Made by a program: the position numbers and the translations under genes. Below are positions 22,650-32,803 of a DNA stretch of 64,000 nucleotides, piece by piece. Location: contig CBDBBM010000012.1 of the NCBI GenBank assembly GCA_965203015.1, positions 139,445-203,444 of the forward strand, in the 5' to 3' direction. Within the stretch, counting starts at the first letter, position 1; every line of letters starts with the position of its first letter. Source of the stretch: Chloroflexota bacterium. GTDB lineage: Bacteria; Chloroflexota; UBA11872; VXNJ01. Under the pieces are notes generated by a model that saw only the letters and a program-made list of their open reading frames with translations, had not been told where the DNA came from and did no database searches.

Positions 22650-25600
22650 GTGACCTGGTCGGCGCCGCCCCTTCTGCCCGCACGCGATGCACCTATTGAA
22701 TGGCCGAACCCGCTGTCGGTTCCCGGGTTGGACAGCTTTTGCCGGGTTCACCTCGGCAGAGGGAAACGAAAACTTGAGGTATTAGACGTTGCGTGTACCC
22801 ACGCGCCACTTGCGGCAGACGTCCGCTCTCTCTGGTCCATCCGCTGGAACAGGCGAGCCGAGCCGGTCCTGGTTGTCGTAACTTATCCGGCCGGGGATGG
22901 CGGCAGCAATGCGACAGTCTGCGGCCCGATCGGGCCGAGCCCGTCCGTCATCAGCGGGATGGACCGCTCACTGGCTGCCCGGATCGCCGAATCCGCGCTC
23001 CAGGAACCGACGCACCATGCCGCTATTCGCAATCTCACCCTGACGCTCGAGCGAGTCCGGCAGGGTGTACCGGGGATGCGCAACGAAGGCCTCTTTGCGA
23101 CCAATGAACTCGAAAACGGCATTCCGGGTTCGGCCTCCTGGGCACAGGCCTGCGCCCGGGCCGAGGATTGGCTGGATCTGCGCGGCCGAACGCTGGTCGA
23201 ATCGCTCGGATTCCGGGTCGAGCCGTTCGAACTAGGAACCACAGTCCTTCGAGCCGCCCAATCCGGCCAAGTCGCGGGCGAGCCGCCGGCGGCGGCGAAT
23301 ACCGCGGTTGCCATCTTCTGCAACGAAGACGAGACCTTCGAATCCCGGTCGGCACGCTTTGATACCTCGCCCGTCTCGCACGCGATCGCGGTTGCTCACC
23401 GAAGCCGCATCCGATGGGTGATCCTCACCCGGGCCGGCGAAATCCGCCTCTACGCCGCCGAACCGGGGACCGGGGTCGGCGGGCGCGGACCGACTGAAAC
23501 CTACATCGAGCTGAACCTGGCGCTGTTGCCCTCCCGGATGGCCGGGTACCTCGAACTGCTGTTTTCGGCCTGCGCCCTTGCCGACGGCGGTTCCGTCGAT
23601 TCGTCGCTGGAACTCTCGGAACGCTTTTCCAGCGAACTCGCCGGCAGGCTGCGGGAGCGCATCTATTCGGAGGCGGTACCAGCGTTGGCCGCGGCTTTGG
23701 CCCGGCGCGCCGGGCCGGAACCCGGGCGCGAGGAACTTGACGAATTGTTCGCCCAGGTGATGTTGATCATCTTCCGGATCCTGTTTGTCGACTACGCCGA
23801 AGACCGTGACCTGCTGCCGTACAGGACCAATTCCGAGTACGAATCCCATTCGCTGACCGGCATCGCCCGCCGATTGGTGGAGGACGCGCGCAATGCAAAG
23901 AACGACTACGGGAGCTCGCACGACCTGTGGATTGACGTAACCCAGATCTGGCGAGCGGTGGCCGAGGGAAATTCGGACTGGGGCGTGCCCGCCTATGACG
24001 GCGGGTTGTTTTCGGCCGACCCGGAGCGGAGCCCGTTTGGGGCGGCGCTCGAAGAAATATCGTTGAGCAATTCAGAATTCGCGCCGGCCCTGCGTTCGAT
24101 TCTTGTCGACAGGGGCCCGGAGGGCTTCGGCCTGGTCGACTTCCGATCGCTTTCGGCGCGGGAGTTCGGAACCATCTACGAGGGGCTGCTCGAGTCGAAT
24201 CTTTCGGTCGCTCCGCAAGACCTATGCCTGCAAACCAGAGGCAAGAACGCGGGCATGTATCGCCCCGCGCGCGGCGAGGGCGACGAAGTCGTAGTTGCCA
24301 AGGGCCAGGTCTACCTGCAGAACCGGCTCGGCATCCGCAAGTCAACCGGAACGTACTTCACCAAACCGTTCGCGGTCAAACACATCCTCGATCACTCGCT
24401 AGATCGGGCTCTGGACGAGCACGTCGAGCGGCTGGAATCGCTGCGCCGCGCCGGCGACGAAGCCGGGCTGGCCGCGTCGTTCTTTGATTTCCGCTGCGCC
24501 GATATCGCTATGGGATCGGGGCATTTCCTGGTCGCAGCAATCGACCGGATCGAAGCGCGTTTCTCGGCTTACCTGGCCGAGCATCCGGTTGCCGCGATCG
24601 CAAATGAACTGGGCCGCATCGACTCGGCGGCGCGATCCGCGCTCGGGCCATCTTCGGCGAGCGTCGAAATCGAGACCGCGGCGTTGCTCCGCCGCCAGAT
24701 CGCGCGTCACTGCGTATACGGCGTCGACGTGAACCCCATTGCGGTTGAACTCGCCCGGGTCGCCGTCTGGGTTCATACGTTCGTCCCTGGTCTTCCGCTC
24801 TCGTTCCTAGACCACAATTTCGTCTGCGGAAACAGCCTGACCGGCATCAGCGCGCTCGCTGAAGTTGAAACCGCCATGGCCGGGACTGATTCAAGCCAAG
24901 CCGGGGAGTCGATATTCGCTGCCAACGCGCGCCGGCATATCAAGGCCGGCGAAGAACACCTTCGTCGGTTGGCGTTGACCTCCGACGCGACCCGCGCCGA
25001 AGTGGAGGAGGCCCTCTCCGCCCACCGGAACGCGGTTGCGGCGGTGAAGCCGGCCCGCGATCTATTCGACCTGATCACCGCTCACCGCGCCGGCGCCTGC
25101 CAGTTGCCCCCGATGCCGGACGAATCCGAGATTGCCGAGATCTGGAAGCGCCCAGGGACGCAGGAAGTACTTGGGCAGTTCCGGCCGATCCACTTTCCGG
25201 CGGTTTTTCCGGAGGTATTTCTGCGCCCTGAAAGATCCGGATTCGACTGCCTGATCGGAAATCCGCCCTGGGACAAACTGGTGATAAATCGGGAAATCTG
25301 GTGGGGACGCCATCTGCCCGGAGTTAGATCCCTTCCGACCGGAGAGAAGCGGGCCCAGATTGCGGAATTGACTTCGAGCCGCCCCGATCTCGGGGCCGCT
25401 TATGCCTCGGACCGCGAGGGCACCGAGGTATACAAAAAAATAGTTCGAGCTGCATTCAATCTCGGCGCGGGGGACACCGACCTCTACAAGGCGTTCGCGT
25501 GGGCGAATGTAGGACTTGCCCGATCCGGCGGCCAAATCGGCCTGATCCTGCCGCGCTCGGCAATATCCGACGCCGGTATGGCGGGGTGGCGCAACGCGCT

Positions 25601-25862
25601 GCTAGAAACGCAAAATACCCCCCCCCCCGCAAGGGACTTCACCACTCGCGGTGGCGACCCTCATCAATCACCGGGGATGGGTGTTTCCGGGGGTGCACAA
25701 CTCCTACACGGTCGCCCTGCTTGGGATCACCCGACCCTGTCGGTCGCAACGTGCCTCAACACAGCGCAATGGGTTTTCGACGGGGTCGATGGCCGGTACA
25801 CGGTCGCGTTCGTCAACGCCTGCAGGCCCAATCCACGATCCGAACCAAGGGGGTGGGTTTGA
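22650..25862 (+). CDS. Type IIG/Eco57I-like N6-adenine DNA methyltransferase, main subunit with switchable C-terminus
   Basis: WVILT..EIRLY, FGTIYEGLL, RKSTGTYFT, motif I DIAMGSGHFL, YGVDVNP, motif IV NPPW, DLYKAF. Confidence 0.9.
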   Translation: MTWSAPPLLPARDAPIEWPNPLSVPGLDSFCRVHLGRGKRKLEVLDVACTHAPLAADVRSLWSIRWNRRAEPVLVVVTYPAGDGGSNATVCGPIGPSPSVISGMDRSLAARIAESALQEPTHHAAIRNLTLTLERVRQGVPGMRNEGLFATNELENGIPGSASWAQACARAEDWLDLRGRTLVESLGFRVEPFELGTTVLRAAQSGQVAGEPPAAANTAVAIFCNEDETFESRSARFDTSPVSHAIAVAHRSRIRWVILTRAGEIRLYAAEPGTGVGGRGPTETYIELNLALLPSRMAGYLELLFSACALADGGSVDSSLELSERFSSELAGRLRERIYSEAVPALAAALARRAGPEPGREELDELFAQVMLIIFRILFVDYAEDRDLLPYRTNSEYESHSLTGIARRLVEDARNAKNDYGSSHDLWIDVTQIWRAVAEGNSDWGVPAYDGGLFSADPERSPFGAALEEISLSNSEFAPALRSILVDRGPEGFGLVDFRSLSAREFGTIYEGLLESNLSVAPQDLCLQTRGKNAGMYRPARGEGDEVVVAKGQVYLQNRLGIRKSTGTYFTKPFAVKHILDHSLDRALDEHVERLESLRRAGDEAGLAASFFDFRCADIAMGSGHFLVAAIDRIEARFSAYLAEHPVAAIANELGRIDSAARSALGPSSASVEIETAALLRRQIARHCVYGVDVNPIAVELARVAVWVHTFVPGLPLSFLDHNFVCGNSLTGISALAEVETAMAGTDSSQAGESIFAANARRHIKAGEEHLRRLALTSDATRAEVEEALSAHRNAVAAVKPARDLFDLITAHRAGACQLPPMPDESEIAEIWKRPGTQEVLGQFRPIHFPAVFPEVFLRPERSGFDCLIGNPPWDKLVINREIWWGRHLPGVRSLPTGEKRAQIAELTSSRPDLGAAYASDREGTEVYKKIVRAAFNLGAGDTDLYKAFAWANVGLARSGGQIGLILPRSAISDAGMAGWRNALLETQNTPPPARDFTTRGGDPHQSPGMGVSGGAQLLHGRPAWDHPTLSVATCLNTAQWVFDGVDGRYTVAFVNACRPNPRSEPRGWV
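25618..25628. repeat. C11 homopolymer upstream of cassette pair A/B
   Basis: Direct count; 22 nt upstream of cassette A. Confidence 0.85.
25651..25826 (+). repeat. Tandem alternative TRD cassettes A (25651-25734) and B (25743-25826) in different frames
   Basis: VATLINHRGWVFPGVHNSYTVALLGITR vs VATCLNTAQWVFDGVDGRYTVAFVNACR, 14/28 identical, offset 92 nt. Confidence 0.88.
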
Positions 25863-26271
25863 CAGCCAGGAGCCGTGGGTTGAAATCTATCCGGGTCCGG
25901 CAAGCACCCCGGAAAGTTTCCGCGAACTGATCAACGCGGGACCCGTGAGGGTCCCGGTTGCCGAATTCCGGGGCTGGTCCGAAACGGCGGCATTTCCGCA
26001 GATACCAACCAAACCAGCATTTCGGGTCTGGCGCAAGATCAAGCGCCACCCAAGGTTTGACGGCGCTGATCTTGAACGCACTACGGGGGGGGGGGTCCGG
26101 CGGACCTGGCGCTTCCGCCCGGTGGCCGAACTCCACGCGACCCAGGATCGGGGCCATTTTGTAGGCGACGATGGCGCTTCCGCCCGGTCCGCGAACTCGA
26201 TTCCACGCGAGACCGCCCCCGGTTCGTCGGGGACGACGGCAAAAGCGCCCAGGAGCAAGCGCAGTGACTGA
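25859..26271 (+). CDS. Middle segment of the split methyltransferase/TRD; start and linkage uncertain
   Basis: EIYPGPAS..WSETAAFPQIP..VWRKIKRHPRFDG followed by G11 and cassettes C1/C2. Confidence 0.65.
26085..26095. repeat. G11 homopolymer upstream of cassette pair C1/C2
   Basis: Direct count; 11 nt upstream of cassette C1. Confidence 0.85.
26107..26240 (+). repeat. Tandem alternative cassettes C1 (from 26107) and C2 (from 26172) in different frames
   Basis: WRFRPVAELHATQDRGHFVGDDG vs WRFRPVRELDSTRDRPRFVGDDG; first 17 nt identical; offset 65 nt. Confidence 0.9.
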
Positions 26272-27021
26272 TGTCTGGCCGGTGTACAAGGGCGATTCAT
26301 TCAACATCTGGGAACCAGACACCGGGAGCTTCTACGACAGCGCCGACGCCGGCAGCATCACCGCGCACCTTTACCAAAAACGCCTGCGCCAGAGCCGGAC
26401 CGGGTCCTCGGCGTTTCACGAAGTGGACCGTGCCGTGATCGAGGATCCGGCCACCCTGCCCTGCCTGTCCCCGCGGATCACGTTCCGCGACGTGACCAAC
26501 CCCACCAACACCAGAACCATGGTGGCGGCGCTGATTCCGGGGGAGCGGCTGCTGGTCCACATCGCCCCCTACCTGCTCCAGCTTGCCGGGGATGATTCCG
26601 ATACCGCTTTTGTGATCGGGGTTCTTTCGTCGATGCCACTTGATTGGCAGGCAAGGCGCACGGTTGAACTCCACATGACATTCGCCCAGCTGAACCAGCT
26701 CTCATTCCCTGACCCAGGACCGGGCGATCCGGTCCGGGAACGGATTGCCCAGATTTCGGCCTGGCTGGCCTCTGCCGACCCGCGTCTGGCCAACTGGGCC
26801 CGCAACGCCTGGGCCAAATTGCCGAAATACCCCCCCCCTCTCAGCGCCTGCGACCAGAGCTGCTGGCCGAACTCGACGCCTGCGTGGCATTCCTCTACGG
26901 TTTCGACGAATGCGACTTGAGGGTCGTATTCGACACGTTTGGTCGACCCGGGCAATGGGACGCTCGCCGTGACCGAAGCATCCCGTGGCTCCGGCGAATT
27001 GCCGCAAGGGCGGCGATTTGA
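26264..27021 (+). CDS. TRD/specificity subunit D1 (C9 tract at 26830-38; full length with C10)
   Basis: AGGAG then GTG 26264; WPVYKGDSFNIW..PRITFRDVTNPTNTRTM; LLAELDACVAFLYG in the shifted frame, stop 27019-21. Confidence 0.8.
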
Positions 27022-27781
27022 TGATCGCGGTGGACAAATCTGGCCAGTTTGTTCCGGCAAAAGTTTCAACGTCTGGAAGCCAGATACCGGGAATTACTAC
27101 GACAGCGCCGACGCCGAGTGCATCACCGAGCACCTCTACCGGAAGCGCCTCCGCCAGAGCCGGACCGCGTCCTCCGCCTTTCACGAACTGGATCCTGCGG
27201 TGATCGAGGACCCGGCCACGCTGCCGTGTCGGCATCCGCGAATAGTTTTCCGGGATGTGACCAATTCCACCAACACTAGGACCATGGTGACGGCGCTGAT
27301 TCCCGGGGAGCGGGTCACTACCGAAAGCGCTCCTTACCTGCTGCAATTGGCCGGTGAAAAGAGAGATGTGGCGTACGTTCTTGGCGTGCTTGCTTCGATG
27401 GTTTTTGACTGGCAATCCCGCCGTACCGTGGAGTTGCATGTCAAATTTGCGCAGTTGAATGCGTTTTCGATCCCGGACCCGGGACCGGGCGACCCCATTC
27501 GCGACCGGGTTACGGAAATAGCTGGCCGGATCGCCGCCGCCGACGAGCGTTTCGCGGAATGGGCCGAGGAAGTCGGTGTCCCGGTCGGATCGATTCGCGA
27601 TTCGGGCGAATTTGAGAACCTCCTGGCCGAGCTCGACGCGTGCGTGGCCCACCTCTACGGCCTTGACGCCGCAGACCTTCGGACGATTTACGAGACGTTC
27701 AGCGGATCGGTCGACTATTCGGGCAGAAGCCGATCCGCGGCAATGCACCTGCTGCGAATACAGGGAGCGAATCGGGCTTGA
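27021..27781 (+). CDS. TRD/specificity subunit D2, paralog of D1 (start needs +1 nt near 27037, or an upstream alternative start)
   Basis: WPVCSGKSFNVW..PRIVFRDVTNSTNTRTM..LLAELDACVAHLYGL. Confidence 0.82.
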
Positions 27782-30700
27782 ACGACTCCGAGGTCCGCGG
27801 TGGATTCGACTACGGTGACCGCAACAAACCCGAGCTTGCGACCAACCGCCCCGGTGAGCGGACCGCCGACGCGCTTGAGCGGTTTCTGAGCTTTGCGGCT
27901 TCGCTCCCTGGGAACCCGCGCGCCGATATTGCCACCGGCTACTTCAACCTGGGTGGCTACACGCTGCTGGCCGACACTCTGGACAAATTCGAGAATGTCC
28001 GCTTACTGCTGGGCGCCGAGCCGGAACCCAGCCGAGGCGAACGTCGTATCCGCGAAATCGGCAAGGAACCAGCCGATAGCTCTCGTTCAGAGGAACTGTT
28101 GCTTGAACGGGCCTTGGAGGGATTGGACAGAAGCCTCGCCGGGGGCCGAAACCTACTCGGGTACAGCCGCGAAATCGATGGCCATTCAAAACGCCTTATC
28201 AAATGGCTTTCTTCCGGGCGCGTCATGGTCCGGCGATACGAGCACGGGTTCCTGCACGGAAAGGCCTTTATCGCCGCCGACAACAGCCATGGCCTTGTGG
28301 CGGGATCATCCAATTTCACGCGCGCCGGATTGACCACGAATCTCGAACTGAATCTTGGCAACTATCAGCCACACGTGGTTGGAAGAGTACAGGCGTGGTT
28401 TGACCAGCTCTGGGCAGAGTCGCGCGATTACGACTTGGCGAAGTTGTTCGAAGAGCGATTCGAACCCCACCCGCCGAATCTGATTTTTCTGCGCATGCTT
28501 TGGGAGCTTTACGGAAGTGAGCTCGGCGCTGACGCGCGACCGGAAGCGGGGGGCCTCCACCTGACCCAGTTCCAAAATGACGGCCTGGCGCGGGCCGGTT
28601 CGATTCTTGCCAGGCGCGGCGGAGTCCTGATCGCCGATGAAGTCGGTCTGGGCAAGACATTCCTGGCCGGCAAGCTCATTGAGGCCGCCGCCCTCGACCG
28701 CCGCCAGCGGGTGCTGGTCGTTGCGCCCGCCGCCCTCCGCGACGGTACGTGGGACGCGTTCCGGAATGAGTTCAAACTTCCCTTCCAGATCGTCTCATTT
28801 GAGGAACTGACCAGGGATCGACGCCTGAATCCGTCGGCGCCGCCGGGGTCCGACCCTCTTGCCGGTGCAGACCCGGACGAATTCGCGTTGGTTGTCGTCG
28901 ACGAGGCCCACCGTCTGCGCAATCCGTCCACTCAGCGTGCCCAGGCAGTCCGAAGACTGCTCGCCGGGAAAAGCCCCAAGAAACTGGTGCTGCTGACCGC
29001 GACGCCGGTCAACAACAGCCTCTGGGACCTGTTTCACATTCTGGGCTTCTTCCTCCAGCACGGACGCCTCGCTGGCCGACGCCGGGATTCTGTCGCTGAA
29101 GGAGAGGTTCGCGACCGCGATGCGGCTCGGCCCAGAAGATTTGACGCCGGAACTTCTTTTCGACGTGCTGGACGCTGTGGCGGTGAGGCGCACCCGCAAA
29201 TTCATAAAGCGCTACTACGCCAACGCCACGATCAGGCTCGGCCGGGCTGGCACGGGCGGTGAGGTCAGGGTCGTTTTCCCCACGCCGAGAGTGCGTCGGC
29301 TGGACTACGAGCTGGACGCGGCCCTGCGTCCCGGTTTCTTCGAACGCTTCGAGGAGGCCCTTTCGCCTGACTCCGATTTAGACCGCGATCCGCGGCCCCA
29401 AGATCGCGACCAACCGCGCCGCCGGTCGCTCACCTTTGCGCGCTATTTGAGTTCGCGCTACCTGCGTCCGGAGCACGTCGATCCTGACGATCGGGAAGGC
29501 CAGTACCAGATCCTCAACGCCGGGATCCTCAAATCCGGGCTGCTCAAGCGCTTCGAATCCTCACCGGCCGCATTCGTGAAGACCTGCCGCCGCATGGTGC
29601 GGGGGTTCGACGCTTTCCTCGATCTGCTGGCGCGCGGCCAGGTGGCGTCGGCGGCGGCCCTTGCCGAATGGTCGGCGACCGACTTTGACGAGGAAGGATT
29701 CGAGGAATTCCTGTCCGAATTTGGTTCGGAAATGGCCCCGGCCGCGCATTACCACGCCGCGCGGCTCTCAAACGACATCGAATCGGACCGCAATCTGCTG
29801 AACTCGCTCGCAGACGAGATCGGACAAATCGGTCCGGACCAGGATCCGAATCTCGCCGTCCTGCTCGACCAATTGGCCGCGATCGCGGCAGCGGCCGCGC
29901 GTGAAGGCATCGGCGGCCAGGACCGGCGCGACCGGCGCAAAGTGATCGTATTCAGTTATTTCGCCGATACCGTCGCGTGGATCGCCGATCACCTGCGGGC
30001 GGCGGTTCGGACCGATCCCCGGTTGGCTGATTACCGTGGTCGGATCGTGGAGGTGACCGGCGGCAGCGGCAATTCGGCGGCGGCAATGCGCGGCTTCGCG
30101 CCGCGCACCAGCGCCCGGTCGGAGCGCGAGGATGACGACCTCTACGACCTGCTCATTTCGACCGACGTGTTGGCAGAAGGGGTGAACCTCCAGCAGGCCC
30201 GCCACATCATCAATTACGACCTGCCGTGGAACCCGATGCGGCTGGTGCAACGACACGGCCGAATAGACCGGCTGGGGTCTTCGCACTCAGAGGTATTTAT
30301 CCATTGCGTTTTCCCCGATAAGCGACTGGATGAGCTACTTGGGCTGGAGGAGCGAATCCGGGCCAAGCTGCACCAGGCCGCAAATTCCCTGGGCGCGCCG
30401 GCTGTGCTGCCGGACCAGGCCGGCGGCCGGGGATTCGTCTCCGATACGCGGGGGGAGATCGAACGCCTGCGGCGCGCCGATCCGGCGCTGTTCGAACGTG
30501 GCGGTACCGGGCGCAGCGCGCTGTCCGGAGAGGAATTCCGGCGCGACCTCTGGGAGGCGATGCGGGACCAATCCCTGGCCGATCAAATAAGGGAACTGCC
30601 CTGGGGGTCGGGCTCGGGAATGATTGCCGGCACCGGTGGGGCGGTCGCGGATTCGACCGCGTTCGTCTTCTGCGCGCGGATCGGTGATCTCGATCGTCCC

Positions 30701-31234
30701 GAATTTCGGCTCGTAGAGCTGCCCACGAGCGCGAGCGTCGGGGAACCCGACGCCGCCAGCACATCCAGCGATCTTTTGGTCTGCCTGGACCGTGCGCAAC
30801 CGCCGGCCGGCAGCTTGCAGCCGCGGACGCTCCCGGCCCACGTTTACGACCGCGCGTTTGACGCCTGGCAGATTGCCCGTGATGACATCATCCGCTCCCG
30901 CCGAGCCGCGGCGGACCCGGCGACTTACCAGCAACCGCTGGCAAAGGCGTTGCGCGAGTCGGCCCGGTTGATTCGAGATCATCCGCCGCCGGACTTGGCC
31001 CGGGAAGAAGTCGAGAGGCTAGTAGATTCGATCGAGGCGCCACACCCGCACCGGACGGTCACGGAATTCCGAACGGCGCTCCGGGGTTCGGAGGTGCCGG
31101 CCGAACAGGCCGCGGCGGCGGTTGCGGTAGTCCGCGACCTCGGCCTGCAACCCTACGAGCCGCCGGAGCCCCTGCCGCCGATCGAAGAGTCGGACATAAA
31201 CCTGATCTGCTGGCTGGCAATTTTGCCTGAGTGA
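27778..31234 (+). CDS. PLD nuclease-SNF2 helicase fusion (apparent frameshift ~29057)
   Basis: LHGKAF..GSSNFT; ADEVGLGKT, DEAH, TATP, TDVLAEGVNLQ, QRHGRIDR. Confidence 0.9.
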
Positions 31235-31449
31235 TCACGGACTGCGGCGCGTTGATGTCCGTCGTTGCAAAGGAAATCTGATGCCTCCCGGGAATCAGAC
31301 GAAGCCGGCCTCGATGGGCCAACGGTCAAATTCGCCAACTACGGGACGGGCAAGTCAACATTACGTAGCCGCGAACCAATGCCGGGGCAGCGCCATCGGC
31401 CCCAGCGCGCGTGCAGCCAACCAATCAGGCCCCCAGATAAACTGCAGCC

Positions 31450-32775
31450 GTGTTCGACCCCGTAGCCTTCATCGCCGCCAAGAAGTCGGGGGCGCGGCAT
31501 CCGCCCGACCAGATCAGGGGCTTCGTCGAGGGACTGGTCGGCGGCCAGGTGGCCGATTACCAGGCCGCCGCGTGGGCGATGGCGGTCTGCCTCAAGGGCC
31601 TTGACCGCGACGAGACGGTAGTTCTGGCCGGGGAGATCGCCGCTTCCGGGGCCCGCCTGGACTGGGCCCTGCCGGGCGTGCGGATCGTGGACAAGCACTC
31701 CACCGGCGGGGTAGGCGACAAGATATCCCTGGTTGCGGTGCCGCTCGCGGCGGCCTGCGGCCTGGCGGTGCCCAAACTCTCCGGGCGCGGACTGGGCATA
31801 ACTGGCGGAACGCTCGACAAACTCGAATCGATACCGGGGCTGCGGGTCGGTCTTGATGAGGCCGAATTGCGCGGTCAGGTCGCCGAACACGGCCTGGCGA
31901 TTGCCGCCCAGAGCCAGGCCATCGCGCCGGCCGACGCCATCCTGTACGCGCTGCGCGATGTGACCGCCACGATCGATTCAATCCCGCTGATTGCGGCGTC
32001 GGTGATGGGCAAGAAGCTGGCCGGCGGGGCCTCGACCCTGGCGCTTGACGTCAAATGCGGCCGCGGGGCCTTCATGGCCGAATACGACGACGCCTTCGAG
32101 CTGGCCGAGCTGATGGCCGACATCGGATCGGCGGCCGGCGTGACGGTGCGCGCCTACGTCTCGTCCATGGACCACCCCCTGGGTCGCGCGGTCGGGAATT
32201 CGCTGGAGGTTTGCGAGGCCCTGGAGTGCCTGGACGGCGAGGGTCCGCCCGACGTGATCGAACTTGCCCTGACCATCGTGGCCGGACTCCTGCGCGATTC
32301 GGGGGTGCGACCCGCTCCGCGCGCCGCCCGCGAGGCCGCCGGCCGAGCGCTCGAATCGGGCGCGGCGCTCAAGAAATTTGCGGCGATGGTCAATTCTCAG
32401 GGCGGCGACCTGGAGCAGTTTCGGTCCAATCCCGCGCACGCGCGGCGCCGGCGGGTCCAAGTCCGTTCGCCGGCCGCCGGCTACGTGGCCGGGGTCGACG
32501 CCCGGGCGATCGGAGCGATCGTGCGGGGCCTGGGCGGCGGGCGGCTGGCCAAGGACGAGAGCGTGGACCACGGCGTCGGAATAAAGATCTGCGCCGGCCG
32601 CGGCGAAAGGGTCGCCGCCGGCGACCTGCTGGCGGAGGCGTTCGTGTCCGGACCCGGCGGGCGGGCGGTCGCCGATTCGGTCGCGGACGCGTTCGAGCTG
32701 TCGCCCCAACCGGCGCTGCCGAAACCGCTGATCCTGGGCCAGGTACTGCGTACCGCAACTGGCGGCAGCCCCTAG
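31450..32775 (+). CDS. pdp: Pyrimidine-nucleoside/thymidine phosphorylase
   Basis: DKHSTGGVGDK, SGRGLGITGGTLDKLESIPG, LDVKCGRGAFM. Confidence 0.94.
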   Translation: MFDPVAFIAAKKSGARHPPDQIRGFVEGLVGGQVADYQAAAWAMAVCLKGLDRDETVVLAGEIAASGARLDWALPGVRIVDKHSTGGVGDKISLVAVPLAAACGLAVPKLSGRGLGITGGTLDKLESIPGLRVGLDEAELRGQVAEHGLAIAAQSQAIAPADAILYALRDVTATIDSIPLIAASVMGKKLAGGASTLALDVKCGRGAFMAEYDDAFELAELMADIGSAAGVTVRAYVSSMDHPLGRAVGNSLEVCEALECLDGEGPPDVIELALTIVAGLLRDSGVRPAPRAAREAAGRALESGAALKKFAAMVNSQGGDLEQFRSNPAHARRRRVQVRSPAAGYVAGVDARAIGAIVRGLGGGRLAKDESVDHGVGIKICAGRGERVAAGDLLAEAFVSGPGGRAVADSVADAFELSPQPALPKPLILGQVLRTATGGSP

Positions 32776-32803
32776 AATCGCCGCGGATCGGCCGTTAGGA
32801 AAT

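Noticed and set aside
22384-22692. 102-aa minus-strand ORF spanning the C9 tract as an R-M controller protein
   Set aside because: No HTH signature, and it overlaps the MTase start
25651-27781. Diversity-generating retroelement (TR/VR) explanation for the duplicated cassettes
   Set aside because: No reverse transcriptase in the window, and differences are not confined to adenines
25651-27781. Shufflon/invertible TRD system
   Set aside because: All copies are direct repeats on one strand; no invertase or flanking inverted repeats seen
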